From the human T2T-CHM13v2.0 reference genome, Homo sapiens: a stretch of 64,000 nt of DNA. The notes under the pieces are model-generated. The model did no database searches, was not told the DNA's origin, and saw only the letters and a program-made list of their open reading frames with translations. The stretch lies in assembly GCF_009914755.1 (NCBI RefSeq), contig NC_060925.1. One strand, 5' to 3'. Numbering within the stretch: the first letter of the stretch is position 1; each line of letters begins with the position of its first letter. Positions 11,686-29,191 of the stretch are shown here, one piece after another. A program made the position numbers and the translations under genes.

Positions 11686-13621
11686 AGTCTCCAAGACTAA
11701 GACTCGAAAAATCAGGGCGAACTTAGTCGGGAGCAGCGATGGGGTTGATCCAGGGCATTGGATGAGAGGGGGTGAGGAGCTGGTCATGGGAGGGAACCAA
11801 GTCGGGAGCAGAGCCAGCCCAGGAAATAAATCCTGGTATTGGTGGGTGGGCAGTAGGAGGAGGAAGGGGATTCAGTGGTTCTTGAAGGAAGGGGCAGCCA
11901 CGGAGGCTGTGCCAAGGAGGTAATGAGGAAGGAGGGGTATCTGCCACTTGGCACCACTGCCTGCCTGCCATGGGGTGACTGGGCTGCGTGCCATGGGGTG
12001 ACTCACCTGCCCCTGCTGCCTCGTGCCCGTTGGGCAGATGTGTCTCCGGTTTGACCTGCCCCAGGAAGCCTGGGCCTGGCTCCTCCCCCGCAGAGCTTCC
12101 TTAGAGGATAGAGGATGGATTGGGGCAATAAGAGATAAAGGCCATAGCTTCCTGGAGTCACCTGAGCCACACTGGAGGTTTGCAGAGAAGGCCATCGGTG
12201 GGACAGCCACAGGGTGGGGGATGGAAGCTCTGATACCTTCAAATGAGGGATTCTTGGGCCCTGGTGGCCAAACCCCCCAGGGGTGGGAGTGGAGAGCTCC
12301 TAGTTCGTTCATTCACATATTCTTCAAGTATTTCTTTTGGGTCTAGTGTGTGTACCATTCAGAGCCTTGAAGGATGAGCACAGGCTCTGGGGACACATAC
12401 AGGGGAGAACAAGCAGCTCCTCCTCTCTGAGAAGCCAGCAGAGGCTGGACAACCTTCTTACAAGGGTGCCACAGAAAGGACTCCTTTCTGGGAAGGGGAG
12501 CAGGACTGAGTTAGTTCTGAGGTCCCTCCCGGCTTGGAGGTGCCATGATGTAACAATCCTGGGTCCTCAGCCTGCGGGCCAACAAGAGAAAGGGCAGTAG
12601 GTGTTGTGGCTCAGTCCTGGCTCTGCAACTTCCCAGCTCTCTGACCGTGGGAAACTCCTTTAACTTCTCTGAGTCTCTGTTTCCTCACCTGTTGCCTGGG
12701 GATGATAATAATATCAGCAATGGCACTGAATGCCACTCCCCAGCAGTGCCTGTAAGCGCTTTCCATATGTTAACTAATCCTCACAAAATTCTCAAGTGGG
12801 CACTGTCATCATCGTCATTTTATAGATAAGAAAACAAAGGCACAGAGAGGTTAAACAACTTGTCCAAGGTCACATGGCCAGTGAGTGGCAGAGCCAGGAT
12901 GTAACCCAGTTTGGCCTTACTTCAAAGGGCAGTTAGGGGCATTGAATGAGATTGTGTGTGCAAAGCATGTAACTAATACTGATTTGTGGTGAACATTCAG
13001 TTATGTTAACTGTCACCATTATCATCATCATCAGTTTAAGGCTTTGTCCTGGGCCTGTGGACAGCCTCAAGCATCCCCAAACCTGCCATATGCAGGATGT
13101 CTGGGAAACAGTCTCTGGACCGTATTGGGAGAAGGAGTTGAGAAAAGAGAAATTTACATTTGACTCATGGCTGAGTCAGGGCAGTCTTCCTGGAGGAGGG
13201 GCACCAATCAGACCCTTGAAGGATGAGGACAAGCAAGTCTGTTGGGCCTCTCTATCTGTGGCAGTGGATTCAACTTTATCTTCTTGCCTTTCCGTGAATT
13301 GGAGATGACCCAGGCATGGTATGGGGGCTTTTCTTTCTTGAGCAGTGAGTCTTAGGATGGGGAAAGGGAAGGAAGGGTACCCTGGTGCACTGAGCCATGC
13401 ACTGGGCGTCTGGTGGCTGATTAACTCCTCCCTGCAACTGGAGGCAGGCTCAGCGGGATGGTGGTCTGACAAGTGCTATCCCACAGGGCTGTAGGGCTTG
13501 AACCCAGATCCCATCAAGTTCCACAGCCCAGGTGGTTTGCTTGGTTCCACACAGCTCTTTCTCAAGGCTCAGGCATCAGCACAAACCTTAGCACAAAGTC
13601 TTGGTGCAGGAAGAAAGCTGC

Positions 13622-13938
13622 TTTCTTTTCTTCTTCTTTTTTTTTTTTTTTGTTGAAGACAGGGTCTCACTCTGTTGCCCAGGCTGGAATACAGTGGTGC
13701 AATCTTGGCTTACTGCAGCCTGGACCTCCCCAGGATCAAGCTATCCTCCCGCCTCAGCCTCCCGAGTAGCTGGGACTACAGGCGTGCACCACCATCCCCG
13801 ACTAAGTTTTGCATGTTTTGTAGAGATGGGGTTTTGCCATGTTGCCCGGGCTGGTCTTGAACTCCTGGGCTCAAGTGATCTGCCTGCCTGAGCCTCCCAA
13901 AGTGTTGGGATTACAGGTGAGAGCCACCGTGTCTGGCC
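13622..13938 (-). mobile_element. Alu (J-like)
   Basis: Reverse Alu with polyT. Confidence 0.9.
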
Positions 13939-14786
13939 CAGTTTCATTCTTAATGGGCAAAATCAAAATCCCAGGATGACCTCTGGTGGGGAGGGCCATC
14001 CTCAGGGCCTCTGTCATTGGCCCAGTGGTAAGAACAGACTGGACCCATTCCCACTGGGCTTTCCCATAACATGTGGAGATGCTTCCTGGAGTCTGTTGGG
14101 TTGTGGCTGCTCATGTGGCTGAGGGGCCCGCGAAGCTGGTCACCTTTGGGATTCATCACAGGTGGGCTTGGAGAGCAGTCCCCAGGCTGGTTCAGTGAGA
14201 CATCTCTGGGGTCTTACACGCCACTTCATTTTTTAGTTGGGGAAACCGAGGCCTGGAGTGTGAAATGACTTGCTCAGGGTTACATAGTGAGTTAGGGACA
14301 GAGCTAAAACTAGAAACTAGGTCTTCCAATTCAAACGAAGGATCTCTGACTATTGGTGAAGAAGAAACTGAGTCACAGAGGTGCTGAGACTCGCCTGGAT
14401 TGGAGGTCCTGGTGGGGCTTGTGGCGCCTCTGTGCTGGCAGACTTGGCTCTAAGGGCCCCAGAGCTCCAGGTGTTCTCAGATGCACGGCTGTGTAAGCCC
14501 TGCAGTCAGAAGGTCCTGGAAGGGTCAGGTCCCATCTGCATGGCTGCAGAGGGGCCCAGCGCACACAGCAGCCTAGAGGGCAGCTGAGTCTGTTCTCTAA
14601 GACACCTCGAAGAGGGGGCAACCTTGACCTGAGCGGGTGCACAGCTCTCGCACCTCAGAATGACCTCAAGTAACAGCACATGGAAAAGACAGAAGGCAGG
14701 GAGCCCATCACTAAGGTATCCCGGGCAGGTGTCTCCTAAGAGACCACACCTGGCAATGAGCCATGAAGCTCCTCTTTTCTCCAGCT

Positions 14787-14958
14787 CAGAGGTTCTCAAC
14801 CCTGGCAGTGTGTTTCAATCACCTGGGGATCCATAAAAAAATTGATGCCCAGGCCCCACCTTGGGAAACCTGATTCAACTCATCTGTGAAGGGCCCCAGC
14901 ACCCTAGGTTTTCAGGATCCGCTGGGGATGAATGTGCAGCTGGTGCTAAGAACCGCTG
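14787..14958. mobile_element. MER5A-type MITE
   Basis: CAGAGGTTCTCAACCCTGG...AATCACCTGGGGA...TAAGAACCGCTG. Confidence 0.7.
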
Positions 14959-15914
14959 CCCTCACTGGGAAGACAAACAACTCATGTCACCCCTTTCTCT
15001 GCAGAGGCTGCCTAATGGAGCCAGGACTCCAAGTTTTGGTCCTAGTTCTGTGGTCACTCACTATGTCATCTTGAGCAACTTTCTACTCAACCCTGGGCCT
15101 CGGTTTCCCCATATGGACCCTGAAGGGGTTGGCATAGAACAGTGGGTTTCAATTTCCACTCATGGAGGCCTCTGAGTCCCCTCCCTGATTTGACAAAGCA
15201 GCTTCCATTCTGTCAACATCGGATTTTGTTTGATGCGAGAGCTCTGACCTGCCTGTGCAGAGAGCTGGGCCCTTGGGGGGATTGGTGCATTTCTGCTCTT
15301 TTAAATATGGGGGATTTGGAAAAAGGGTATACGGGGCTGCCACTTTCCAGTGGTGGGGTGGGGCAGGGCCACCCAGATTACAGTGGGACCGTGATTTCCT
15401 GAACCTGATTCTATTGATGAGGCTGGCAGCGTCGGCGGATCTGGGATCCTCGCTGACTGGGGAGGGGCGGCTGGAACTGCCACCCAGAAACCCAGCTGCC
15501 TGGGTCTTGGTCTCCTCTGCCCCCACATCCCAGCTCGGTGGAGACCTCGTTGGTCATCTTGTCAACCTTTCGGTGTTCAGCCATGGGGAACTTTCCCAAC
15601 AGTTTCTCAGCTCCTAAAATGTCTGATTTTGTTCTCCCAGAAGTCCAGGCCCTGAGTCCATGAAGGGAGAGGATGGGTTTGGGTTTGCAGGCGAGTGGGG
15701 ACAGAGCTGGCCATGAGTCCTGGCTCTGTCACTTGCTAGCTGTGTGACTTTGGGCAAATCACCTGCCGTCTCCAAGGCTCAGTATTCTCATCTGTAAAGT
15801 GGGGATAATAGCACACAAGTTATGTGGCTGTGGGGGATACCTTCCTCACCAATGCCCCGTCTTCCTCCTCACCATTGAAGGGGGTGATACACGAGGGGGA
15901 TGGGCTCACACTGA

Positions 15915-16274
<360 letters not shown>

Positions 16275-16413
16275 TAAGACAACCTACTCTAAGCCGTGAT
16301 TCTCAGATGTCAGCAAATATCAGAATGGCTTAAAATGCGGTTCCAAGGCCCCACCTGGAGCACTTCTAAGAATCTGCATTTTCAATAAGGTGGGTCTGAG
16401 GTTGGCTACTTTT

Positions 16414-16522
16414 AGGGAGGCCAACTGTTCCTGTTTGTCTGGGACCTTGCAGGTTTTAGCACAGCAAATTCTGTATCCAGGAACAGCCTTAGTCCCAGCA
16501 AACTGATGCTGTTGGCCACCCT
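16414..16522. mobile_element. MER94-like (hAT-Blackjack) MITE
   Basis: Inverted termini AGGGAGGCCAAC ... GTTGGCCACCCT. Confidence 0.65.
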
Positions 16523-17986
16523 ACCACGTTTTACCCCCAACTCACCATCTTAGGCTGGCTGTGCCAGAGGAGCAGTTGAGTTCTCTGGCTGGCTTGGGGG
16601 GTGTGGGGCTGGGAGAGCCCTGGACAGGCCTGTGCATGGAAGCCTCAGCAGCGAGGGTCCAAGGCCCTGAGCCCAGGACTGGACCAGAAGCACTGCCTAG
16701 AAAGCCCAGAAGCCAGCATGTGACAGCTCAGCCATGCTGGCAGCTCGAGGTGGCCTGGAGAGGAAGGACTTTGTCCAGGTGAGGCTCCAGGTACTTCCCC
16801 TGTTCTCTAGGAAATGGGAAGCTAGATCCTCCCGTACCTGATGCAGGTTCTCCTCCCAGCAGCTGCCCCTCTCATTCTCCTAACACACAGCTTTCATGAC
16901 AGGCATGAGCACTGGACTGGAAGTCAGCAGCCCTACCTTCTAGTCACTTATCTTCTGGGCCTCAGTTTCCCCATCAGTGAAATGAGGGCATGACTTTTGC
17001 TCATCCTGAGTGCTTTACCCACACTGGTTCCTTTCATCTTCTCCTCATCCCCACCAGATAGATGTCGATGCTGCGGCTGAGGGAGGCAGTGACTCGCTCA
17101 AAGTCACACACCTAATGAGTGGTGGGACTGGGATTTGAACCCAGTTGTCTGGCCCCAGGGACCACAGGCTCAAGTACCTTGCCACGGCTCCATCATGTTG
17201 CCCCTCCTGATCAAGAACCAGCGCTGGCTCCCCATTACATAGGGATGAAATGAAAACAAGCTCATTATAGCCTGAGTCTAAACTAGACCTCTTAAGGTTC
17301 CACGGTGAAAACACCTTCCCCTCACTTGTGTCTCCTCTTGGTGCCTTCCCTGGGGAACCTGCCCCAGCCACCCAGCCCACTGTCTCATCCTGCCTCCAGA
17401 CCCGTTTCCTGCACCCTCATTTACTTTAATAACTCCTTCCCTGTCCTGGGCCAATGGTGTTGCAAGCCTTTCCTGTCTATTATCACACTTGAGTTTCATG
17501 ATTGCCCATGAGGTTGGCCAAGTAGGTGTCATTATCCCACTTTAAGGTGAGGTTAATGGGCCCAGAGAGACTAAGTGATTTAGTCAAGCTCAGCTGGCCG
17601 ATGTGTGACCCAGCCTGGTCTAAAACCTAATTCTTGACTCTGGTCCCAGCACCACCCGAGCCCTCGGCTTGCGGCCCCTCCCTTCCCCAACCTCAGATGT
17701 AGCTTGTTTACCTGTGCTAAGCCCTTGTTCAGACCGTGGTCCTGGGGACCCTCCTGGGCAGGGGTGCTTCAGTCTTCACTGGAGCATCTCACACAGAGCC
17801 TGGCACATGGAGAGGCAGGGGCGCTGGGCTGAAACACCCTACACCCAGGGGCTGGAGCCTGGGAACTGAGTGGGGTTTTCATACGAGAAGGACCATCAAG
17901 GGCGCTCAGCCCTTGCCCATGGACACTGGAGGCCCAAGGAACAGCTTTGGGGTTGAGGGAGTTCCATAAAAAGTGTACAGGCTTCA

Positions 17987-18370
<384 letters not shown>

Positions 18371-18581
18371 CTACCTGGGTTTGTCTTCCTGTGTCTCTTT
18401 CCGACTCCCTGTCTCTGACTCTCCATCTCGCTGGGTCTCTCCAAGTCTCTCTGTCCCTATCTCTCTGTCTCTGTGTCTTCATGCCTCTCTCCCTGGTTCT
18501 GCCATTTCCCCTGTGGGGGGCTGCCCAGGGCCAAACAGGCCAGAGGGCTCCACCAGCCCTGGAAATTACAGGCTTTGGGAG

Positions 18582-18768
18582 TAGGGTTGCCAGATAAAAT
18601 AAAAGATGCCTAGTTAAAATTGAATTTCAGGTAAATAATTAATAATTTTTTTAGTATAAGTGTATCCCAAATACTTCACGGGAGTACCAAACAATGATTG
18701 ACTGTTCACTTGAAATTCAAGTCCAACTGAGCTTTCTGTATTTTTATTTGCTAAGTCTGGCAGCCCTG
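18582..18768. mobile_element. MER53 MITE
   Basis: TIRs TAGGGTTGCCAGA ... TCTGGCAGCCCTG; internal palindromy. Confidence 0.8.
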
Positions 18769-20011
18769 CTTAGGAGGAGAAACAGGTGTGTCTGTCCCTC
18801 CCAACTGGTGAGGACACCTGACAGGGGCCCAGACACCAGAGTGGGACCTGCCTGATGGAGAGAAGCTTGGGCTTGGTTTATTTCCCTTTTCATAAAAAAG
18901 CTGCTTTGAGATGTAAGAGAATCATGTTGGTGGAAGAGTGAAGAGGTTGTTTTGGGGGAGGTCTGCCTTACTCTGAGGGAAGATGGGAAGCGGGGGGAGT
19001 GGCCAGCTGTGGAAATTTGGGGTAGTCCCCTACGTATCCTGTGCCTCAGTTTCCCCATGTGTAAACAGGAGTAATTATCTCATCCTGGGGCTGCAGTGAG
19101 GATCAGATGAGCTAATGTACAAAAAGGCTTAGGCAGGCCTGCCGTGATAAGAGTGCAGAGGCTGGGGGCTTTTTATGTTATGGTATTGTTGTTATTATTA
19201 CTCCTGGGGAGGTGGTGGGCAAGAGTGTGGACTGAGGAGCCACATGGCTGGGTTTGGATCCCAGCCCGGCCACAGACCTTGGGCAAGTTACTTAACCTCG
19301 GCTTTCTCATCTGTATAATGGGAGACAATAATAGATAGTGCCTCCCTTCTAGGGTTATTGAGAGGATTGCATGATGGGCTGGCACACAGCATGAGCTCAG
19401 TAAGTGTCAGTCACTGTTATCCCCCAGGGGCATGCATGCCGCTGCCTCCAGGAGGCCCTCCAACTCGCAGTGGCCTCTCCCTACATGGGTTCCCACTGAG
19501 CTGTGATCCTGTGGCCTTGAGCCCCATCTGGCTGCCCTGGACAATGTTGGTCCTCAGCTCCCCAGCGGGATCAACAGTGGGGAGAGCAGTGGGTGGATCT
19601 GCCCGCCAGGCAGTACCTGAGTGCACAGTGGGCACCCCACAGTCAAAGGATGCATAGTCTGGTTTCCAAGGAGGAACCCCAGGCTAGGTGGAATGAGGGA
19701 AATGCAATCTCAGGGCCAGATAACATCACAGATACTTTAAACCTGCAATTAATTTCTGGTTGTTTGACCAAATCCGGCCAAGTTTCCCGGGTGACACTGC
19801 AGAGCTGTGGAACAGCATGGGCTTGGAGTCAGACCTGTTGCACATCTGGCTCTGCCATGTGATGCAACCTCAGGCTTGTCACGAGGCCTCCTTGAGCCTC
19901 AGTTGCTAATATGCCAAATGGGGATGATATTGCTCACCTTACAGCTTGTAAGAGTGGAGGGAGCTGCGTGCGCCAGGTGCCTGGCATGCAGCGGGCACTC
20001 AACCAGATTGA

Positions 20012-20630
<619 letters not shown>

Positions 20631-20809
20631 GACTGTGTATATGTTTGTGTGGGGTCCAGGCTTGACTCGCAGGAGCTTACTGTGAGGATCTGAGGGGACT
20701 GGGTGGCCAAGGAAAGCTTCCTGGAGGAAGCAGGGCTTGAGCCAAAACTCAAACATCTGAGCAAAATATATCTCCTTCGGCACCGACCATGGCTCTCTGC
20801 CCTGCCCAG

Positions 20810-20990
20810 GTCAGTGCCTGAGGGCACAGAAATGTTTGAGGTCTATGGGACGCCTGGCGTGGACATCTACGTCTCTCCCAACATGGAGAGGGGCCGGGAG
20901 CGTGCAGACACCAGGCGGTGGCGCTTTGACGCGACTTTGGAGATCATCGTGGTCATGAACTCCCCCAGCAATGACCTCAACGACAGCCAT
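20810..20990 (+). CDS. PADI3: PADI3 exon 2: [24 protein letters not shown]...DLNDSH
   Basis: GCCCAG acceptor, CAT|GTGAGC donor, 181 bp. Confidence 0.96.
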
Positions 20991-23364
20991 GTGAGCTGGT
21001 CCCTGGTGGGGTGGGGAGAGGTTTCGAGGGAGGCAGCTGTCTAGCTCTAGGAGGGCCCAACATTCTCTTTCTCCAGAGCGCAGGGCAACACAGTGGGTAA
21101 GTGCCTGGCCTTGGAGCCATACTGCTGATTTTGAATCCCAGCTCTGCAAGTTACAGACACATACCATGTGTCCTTGGAAAGCCTTATCATCCCCTTGGGG
21201 CCTCTGTCTGCCATCTGTAAAATGGGATAATCATAACCCCTGCCTCCTATCATTGCTGTGGAGTGCCATAGGAGCCAGTGTTGCTCCTTCTCTTGCTTCC
21301 CAAGACCCCCTGGAGAAGGAGTTGTCCCAGTTCTGCTGAGTTGGGTCTCAGTTTCCCCACATGTAGGCTGAGGGTTGACTAGGGGATCTCTGCCACTTTG
21401 AATGAAAGAGAGAAAGCAGGGACAGGGGAGGGACACCGGTGCCTGGGAAGACCCCCTTCCTAGGTGACAGCATTTCCCCAAGGCGCTTTGCTGTCCGTAA
21501 TCCACTCTCTTCCTGACCCTATTTGCAGGGTAGGGGACATTTAACACATGGGAGAAATGGGTGGCCTTTAAGCTTGGCACAGGTGATGTTTGCTTCGAGG
21601 GCTGATAGGGACCAGGACTTGGAGTGTGGGAGTAGTGGGATCCACTCCATGTCAGGAGCGATGTTTCAGAAACTGGCCCTTTAAGGAGCACTGACCACGT
21701 GCCAGGTACTGGGCAGCCATGACCTCATCCAGCCCTCACAGCAGCCCAGAGAGGTGGGGGACTGATGCCCATTTCGCAGATGGGGCAACTGAGGTTCAGA
21801 GTAACTGTCCCGGGACCGCACACTAATGGTCAGGAGAGCTAGAATTCAGTGCAGACCCCTGGGGGCAGTCTCCCTCCATCACCCCCACCTCTGTTCCCAG
21901 CCATGCATCCATGAGGCACTTGGGGCAGGACCCAATGAACCCATTTAATAGGCAAGAAAACTAAGAAGGAGAAGGGGTGGCTTTCCTGAAGTCACATGAT
22001 CTAGCGAGCGGCAGAGCTGGTGAGAGTCAGGACAGAGTCCCAGGGGTAGTGCAAGAGGACTGGCCAGCCTGTGAGGGGCCCCACCTTGGTGCCGGTTGAA
22101 GTGGCGATGGTGTGGGTACCCCCACCTTGAATTCCTTGGCCATGATGGCTGGTGGGATGGAGGAAGTTCAGAGTCTCTCCCACTCTTTCCCTCACCCGCC
22201 ATATACCCCTGCTCCCTATCCTGCCTTTGGCCAGGATCCCAGTAATTGTATGTTTGAGGCAAGCATCACTGCTGGTGATTGACACATGGAGGTCAGTAAT
22301 TGCAGGATTTAGGGGCTCCCAGGACTACAGAGGTGAGTGGCCCCTGCAAGATCCTCCCCTCTGGCTGAGATTCGGACATGAGAAGCAGAGAGTTGAGACA
22401 CCCATGTCAGGAGGGAATACCCCAAGGGGAGGGTCATGCTTTAAAGGGAACTTGGATGCCTTGGATTCATCTGCCTCCAACTAAATATCATCCACGCCAT
22501 CTTCATCCTCACCCTGTAACAGTTCTTGAGTGCTCGCTGTGGGCCGGGCACCGAGCTGCATGTGCCCCATACATGACTCCTTTCATCTTCACAGCCTCTA
22601 ATTAGTCCTAAGGGGTAGGAACTATTATTATCCCCACTTTACAGTTGAGGAAATTGAGGCCCAGAGAAGATCAGTAACTTTTCCTGGGATATTCAAAAGT
22701 GGGGGATTCAGAATCTGGGCCCAGGCCATCTGACCTCAGAGCCCTGCATTTAACCAGCCCCCACCCCACAAGATGCCACCTGCCCACTGATAACAGTAGC
22801 TAGTATTTCTTGGGCACTTCCTATGGGCTCAGTCTTTTACATGTATTGTTTCCAAGCTGCATTACAAGCCTCTGAGGTAGAGACCTATAGAGGTAGAGAC
22901 CTTTTCCCATTTTGCAGAGGAGAAAACTGAGGTGGCTCAGGTAGGTGAGAGGCCTTGGCCAAGGTCATAGAGTACCCAGAGGTGCCGGGCTCAAGCCCGG
23001 GCCTGTCTGAGTCCCACAGACAAGAATGTTGGCTTGGAGAGTGTCCCCAAACCCTGCCCAGCCCAAACCCTTTATTTTACAAATGGCAAAACTGAGACCC
23101 AAAGGGGAGCAAGAGCTTGTCAAAAATCACAGAGTAGGTTATTGGAGGGACTGGGACCCAAGTCTCTTGAGAAGCTCTCACAAATAGCTCCCATTTTACA
23201 GATATGCCAACCAAGACACAGAAAAATAAATGGCACAGAGGAGGTTAAAGAAAGAGCAAGGTTCCTTGGGCCCCCTCCCCTCCTTACCAGATCCCCGAGA
23301 GCTATCTTTTGGGGCGGGAGCTCTTGGCTTCTGCTGGTATTACTCTGCGCCCAACTCTCCACAG

Positions 23365-23437
23365 GTTCAGATTTCCTACCACTCCAGCCATGAGCCTCTG
23401 CCCCTGGCCTATGCGGTGCTCTACCTCACCTGTGTTG
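23365..23437 (+). CDS. PADI3: PADI3 exon 3: VQISYHSSHEPLPLAYAVLYLTCV
   Basis: CCACAG acceptor, G|GTAAGT donor, 73 bp. Confidence 0.96.
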
Positions 23438-23469
23438 GTAAGTTGGGGGCCATGTTGATGGTGTGGCCA

Positions 23470-26259
<2,790 letters not shown>

Positions 26260-26887
26260 CTAATGTATTCTTTCTTCTCTCCCTCCCTGCCCCTCACTGC
26301 TTCTTCTTTAAGAACTAAGAAGACTGCTTTTTTTTCAGAGCAGAAAGATTGATTCTGACCTCCTGAATGCTCCATTTGCATTATGAAATCTCACCCAGTG
26401 TCTAGGGCTAAATGTTAAGAAGGTGGGATGGGGGTGGGATTTGGGGACTGCGAGTAGCTCAGAAAGGACACACAGCCAGGAGGTGGCAGAACCTGGGTTT
26501 GTGTTCACATCTGTTTGACACCAAAGTCCAGGCTTGCTACCCCATTCCAAGGAGATGAGGCAGCTTTATATAGACAAGAATGTTCCTGGAGACCTGGGCT
26601 CAGTTCAGGGCATGCCTGGGACTGCAAGGGCTGCAGGGATGCAGATAGGAAGTGGTCAGGGAAGTCTCCCTAGAGGGGGCAGCATTTGTCCTGGGCCTTT
26701 GCTGTGACCCTGCTTCTTGCCTCAGGCCTCTTTCCCCAGCCCAGAGGGTGCAGATGCCCTCACCTCTTGGATGGTGTCTCCTTAGAAATGACTTGCCTTT
26801 GCTCAGCCCCAGACAAGCCCTGAGATCAAGGCCTGCCCTGGGCTCCTGGGAACCTTGTAGTGACTTACCCTCTGCCTCCTCTTGCAG

Positions 26888-26949
26888 ACATCTCTCTGGA
26901 TTGCGACCTGAACTGTGAGGGAAGGCAGGACAGGAACTTTGTAGACAAG
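26888..26949 (+). CDS. PADI3: PADI3 exon 4: [21 protein letters not shown]
   Basis: TTGCAG acceptor, AAG|GTAAGC donor, 62 bp. Confidence 0.96.
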
Positions 26950-27216
26950 GTAAGCATCTCTGCCTGGGCCCAGGAAGCAGGAGTGCAGTTGGAGCTTGCT
27001 CTAGGTTGGGTTAAGAAGGATGAGGCCATTACAGATATCCCCCTGCCTCCCAGCTGATGCCGAGACCAAGGGCCAAAAACAGAAACCAGGCATGGCTGGG
27101 GATCTTCTTTCACCAGGAGAAAAATCATCGCCAGGAATTATCAGGCATGGAGGTACCCAGCCCTGAGCTAGGCCTTGGTTTGTGGGATCAAGACCTTCTG
27201 GACTCATAAACTAGGT

Positions 27217-27425
27217 CAGGAGTGGGCAAACTTTTTCCGTGAAAAGTCACATAGCAAGTATTTTAGGCTTTGTGGGACATATGGTCTCAATTCTGCCACT
27301 ATAGTGTGAAAGCAGCCACAGTTAATACAGAAATGGATGGATGTGACTGTGTGCTAATAAAACTTTATTTATACAAACAGGCAGTAGGCCAGATTTGGCC
27401 CACAGTTCATAATGTGCTGATCCTG
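27217..27425. mobile_element. MER58A
   Basis: CAGG..GGCAAACTTTTT...GGCCAGATTTGGCCCAC...CCTG; degenerate 8-bp TSD AACTAGGT/ACCTAGGC. Confidence 0.8.
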
Positions 27426-27947
27426 ACCTAGGCGAGAAGAGAAACCAAATATGAAACTGTTGAAGAACTTGGGACTGAATTATGTTGGAACTTGGTGCCC
27501 TGGGAGTTAAGAGGAGAAGGTCGAGGTGGGCTGGGTGGGTGAGGAAGGCTTCCTGGAGGGACGTACCCTTGAGCTGAGCTCTGAAGGGGTGCAGGAGGGA
27601 GGACGTTCCAGGTGCAGGGAATGGCAGGAGCAAAACCAAGGAGGGTTTAATGGAGGAATGAGCACAGAGTGAGGCGTGTGGTCCTATAATCAGGTTGCCT
27701 ATTGAGAAAGAGGATGTTGGCTGAAGGCCCATCACAGATAGCCATGAAAGACAGCTCTGTGCTTTGGACTGGATGGTGTGGGCAACAGAGAGCCATTGCC
27801 ATTGACATGTCTTGAGAAGGAGGTGCTTCGAGAACGTGGACCTAGCCTCACAGGGTTGGGTGGTTACAGGCCAGGCTGGGGTTCCTGGGTAGGGAGGCAC
27901 AGGTCTCATCTGAGCCCTCATCACTGGCTATGTTTTGTCATTGGCAG

Positions 27948-28065
27948 CGGCAGTGGGTCTGGGGGCCCAGTGGGTATGGCGGCATCTTGCTGGTGAACTG
28001 TGACCGTGATGATCCGAGCTGTGATGTCCAGGACAATTGTGACCAGCACATGCACTGCCTGCAAG
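27948..28065 (+). CDS. PADI3: PADI3 exon 5: [39 protein letters not shown] (Ca2+-binding NCDRD region)
   Basis: GGCAG acceptor, AAG|GTGAGG donor, 118 bp. Confidence 0.95.
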
Positions 28066-29065
28066 GTGAGGCCGGGGCAGCCTGAGTCCCTGGGTGTCCA
28101 GGGTCACTGCTCAGTTACCCCATGGGAGTTCCAACCCACAGGCGAGACTCTGAGGCCAGAGTCCAGGGGAGAGCGCCAGCCTCCAGACACACCTCGATGC
28201 TCCTCAAAACCCATCTCAGGCTGGCAGCTGCCCCTCCCTAGTGTCTCTAGGGCCAGTGAGCACTCACATGCCAGGGCAGAAGCTCTGGAAATGAGCCACC
28301 TCGCCATTCTCTTCCTCCAGGGGAGCAGAGGATGCTAGCATTATTTGAGCACCTACTGTGTGCCAGGCCTTTTCCCCAAATTCTCATTGAATCATCCAAG
28401 TGGGACAATATCATCACCCCAATTTAGAGATGAGGATGCTGAGACTCAGAAGCCAGGAGACTCCCTGAAGACTGTGTCTGATCTGGGGCCTCCCCTCTCA
28501 ACCCCAAATCTGGGCCTCCTCCTTCAGCACCTCTGGCCTACATTTCTGTGACTCCCCCACCTCTTGCTAAGTCCATCTGTCCTGAATTCCAGCCCCATGG
28601 AGAATGAGCTGCAATATTCCAGGGTATGCTAGGTGCTGTCCACGGGAGATGCCCACGGTTGCCTTCTGAAGTGGGCACCATTGGACATGGGGATGCTGGG
28701 GCTCCAGAAGGGAGGGGCTTGTCCAGGGTCACAGGGAGTGATGCTGGGATGGAGGCCAGAACCCTTACCTGCACGACGCCCACATGGCCTTACCCTCCTT
28801 GCTTCTCTGGAGCACCTGTTGTGTGTCAGACACCAGCTGGCTATGCCACACTTCATGTTTCTCTGGGCAATTGAGGAAACATGAGTCCAGGAGAGCATAG
28901 ATGTCTTCATGGTTTGTTCTTGATGGCTTCCAGGGTTTTCACAAAGCTAGGGCTGGGAGACCCAGGTCTTGATACCCACTGACCTGGGGAGGGAGCTGGG
29001 CAGCAGAGGAAGGGGCCAGGGGCCAGGACTCCCTTGAGTCACTACCACTCTGTCTGGCTTCACAG

Positions 29066-29191
29066 ACCTGGAAGACATGTCTGTCATGGTCCTGCGGACG
29101 CAGGGCCCTGCAGCCCTCTTTGATGACCACAAACTTGTCCTCCATACCTCCAGCTATGATGCCAAACGGGCACAGGTCTTCCACATCTGCG
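29066..29191 (+). CDS. PADI3: PADI3 exon 6: [15 protein letters not shown]...QVFHIC
   Basis: CACAG acceptor, G|GTGAGT donor, 126 bp. Confidence 0.96.

Noticed and set aside
22874-22902. 13-bp duplication GAGGTAGAGACCT (also ATACAATATCAGAT at ~55180-55208 and (CCTGGT)n at ~4063-4086)
   Set aside because: Ordinary slippage in old repeats or simple sequence; no functional hint.
27356-27361. Intronic AATAAA in MER58A as a premature polyA site
   Set aside because: It appears to be an ordinary part of the transposon sequence, with no convincing downstream GU element.
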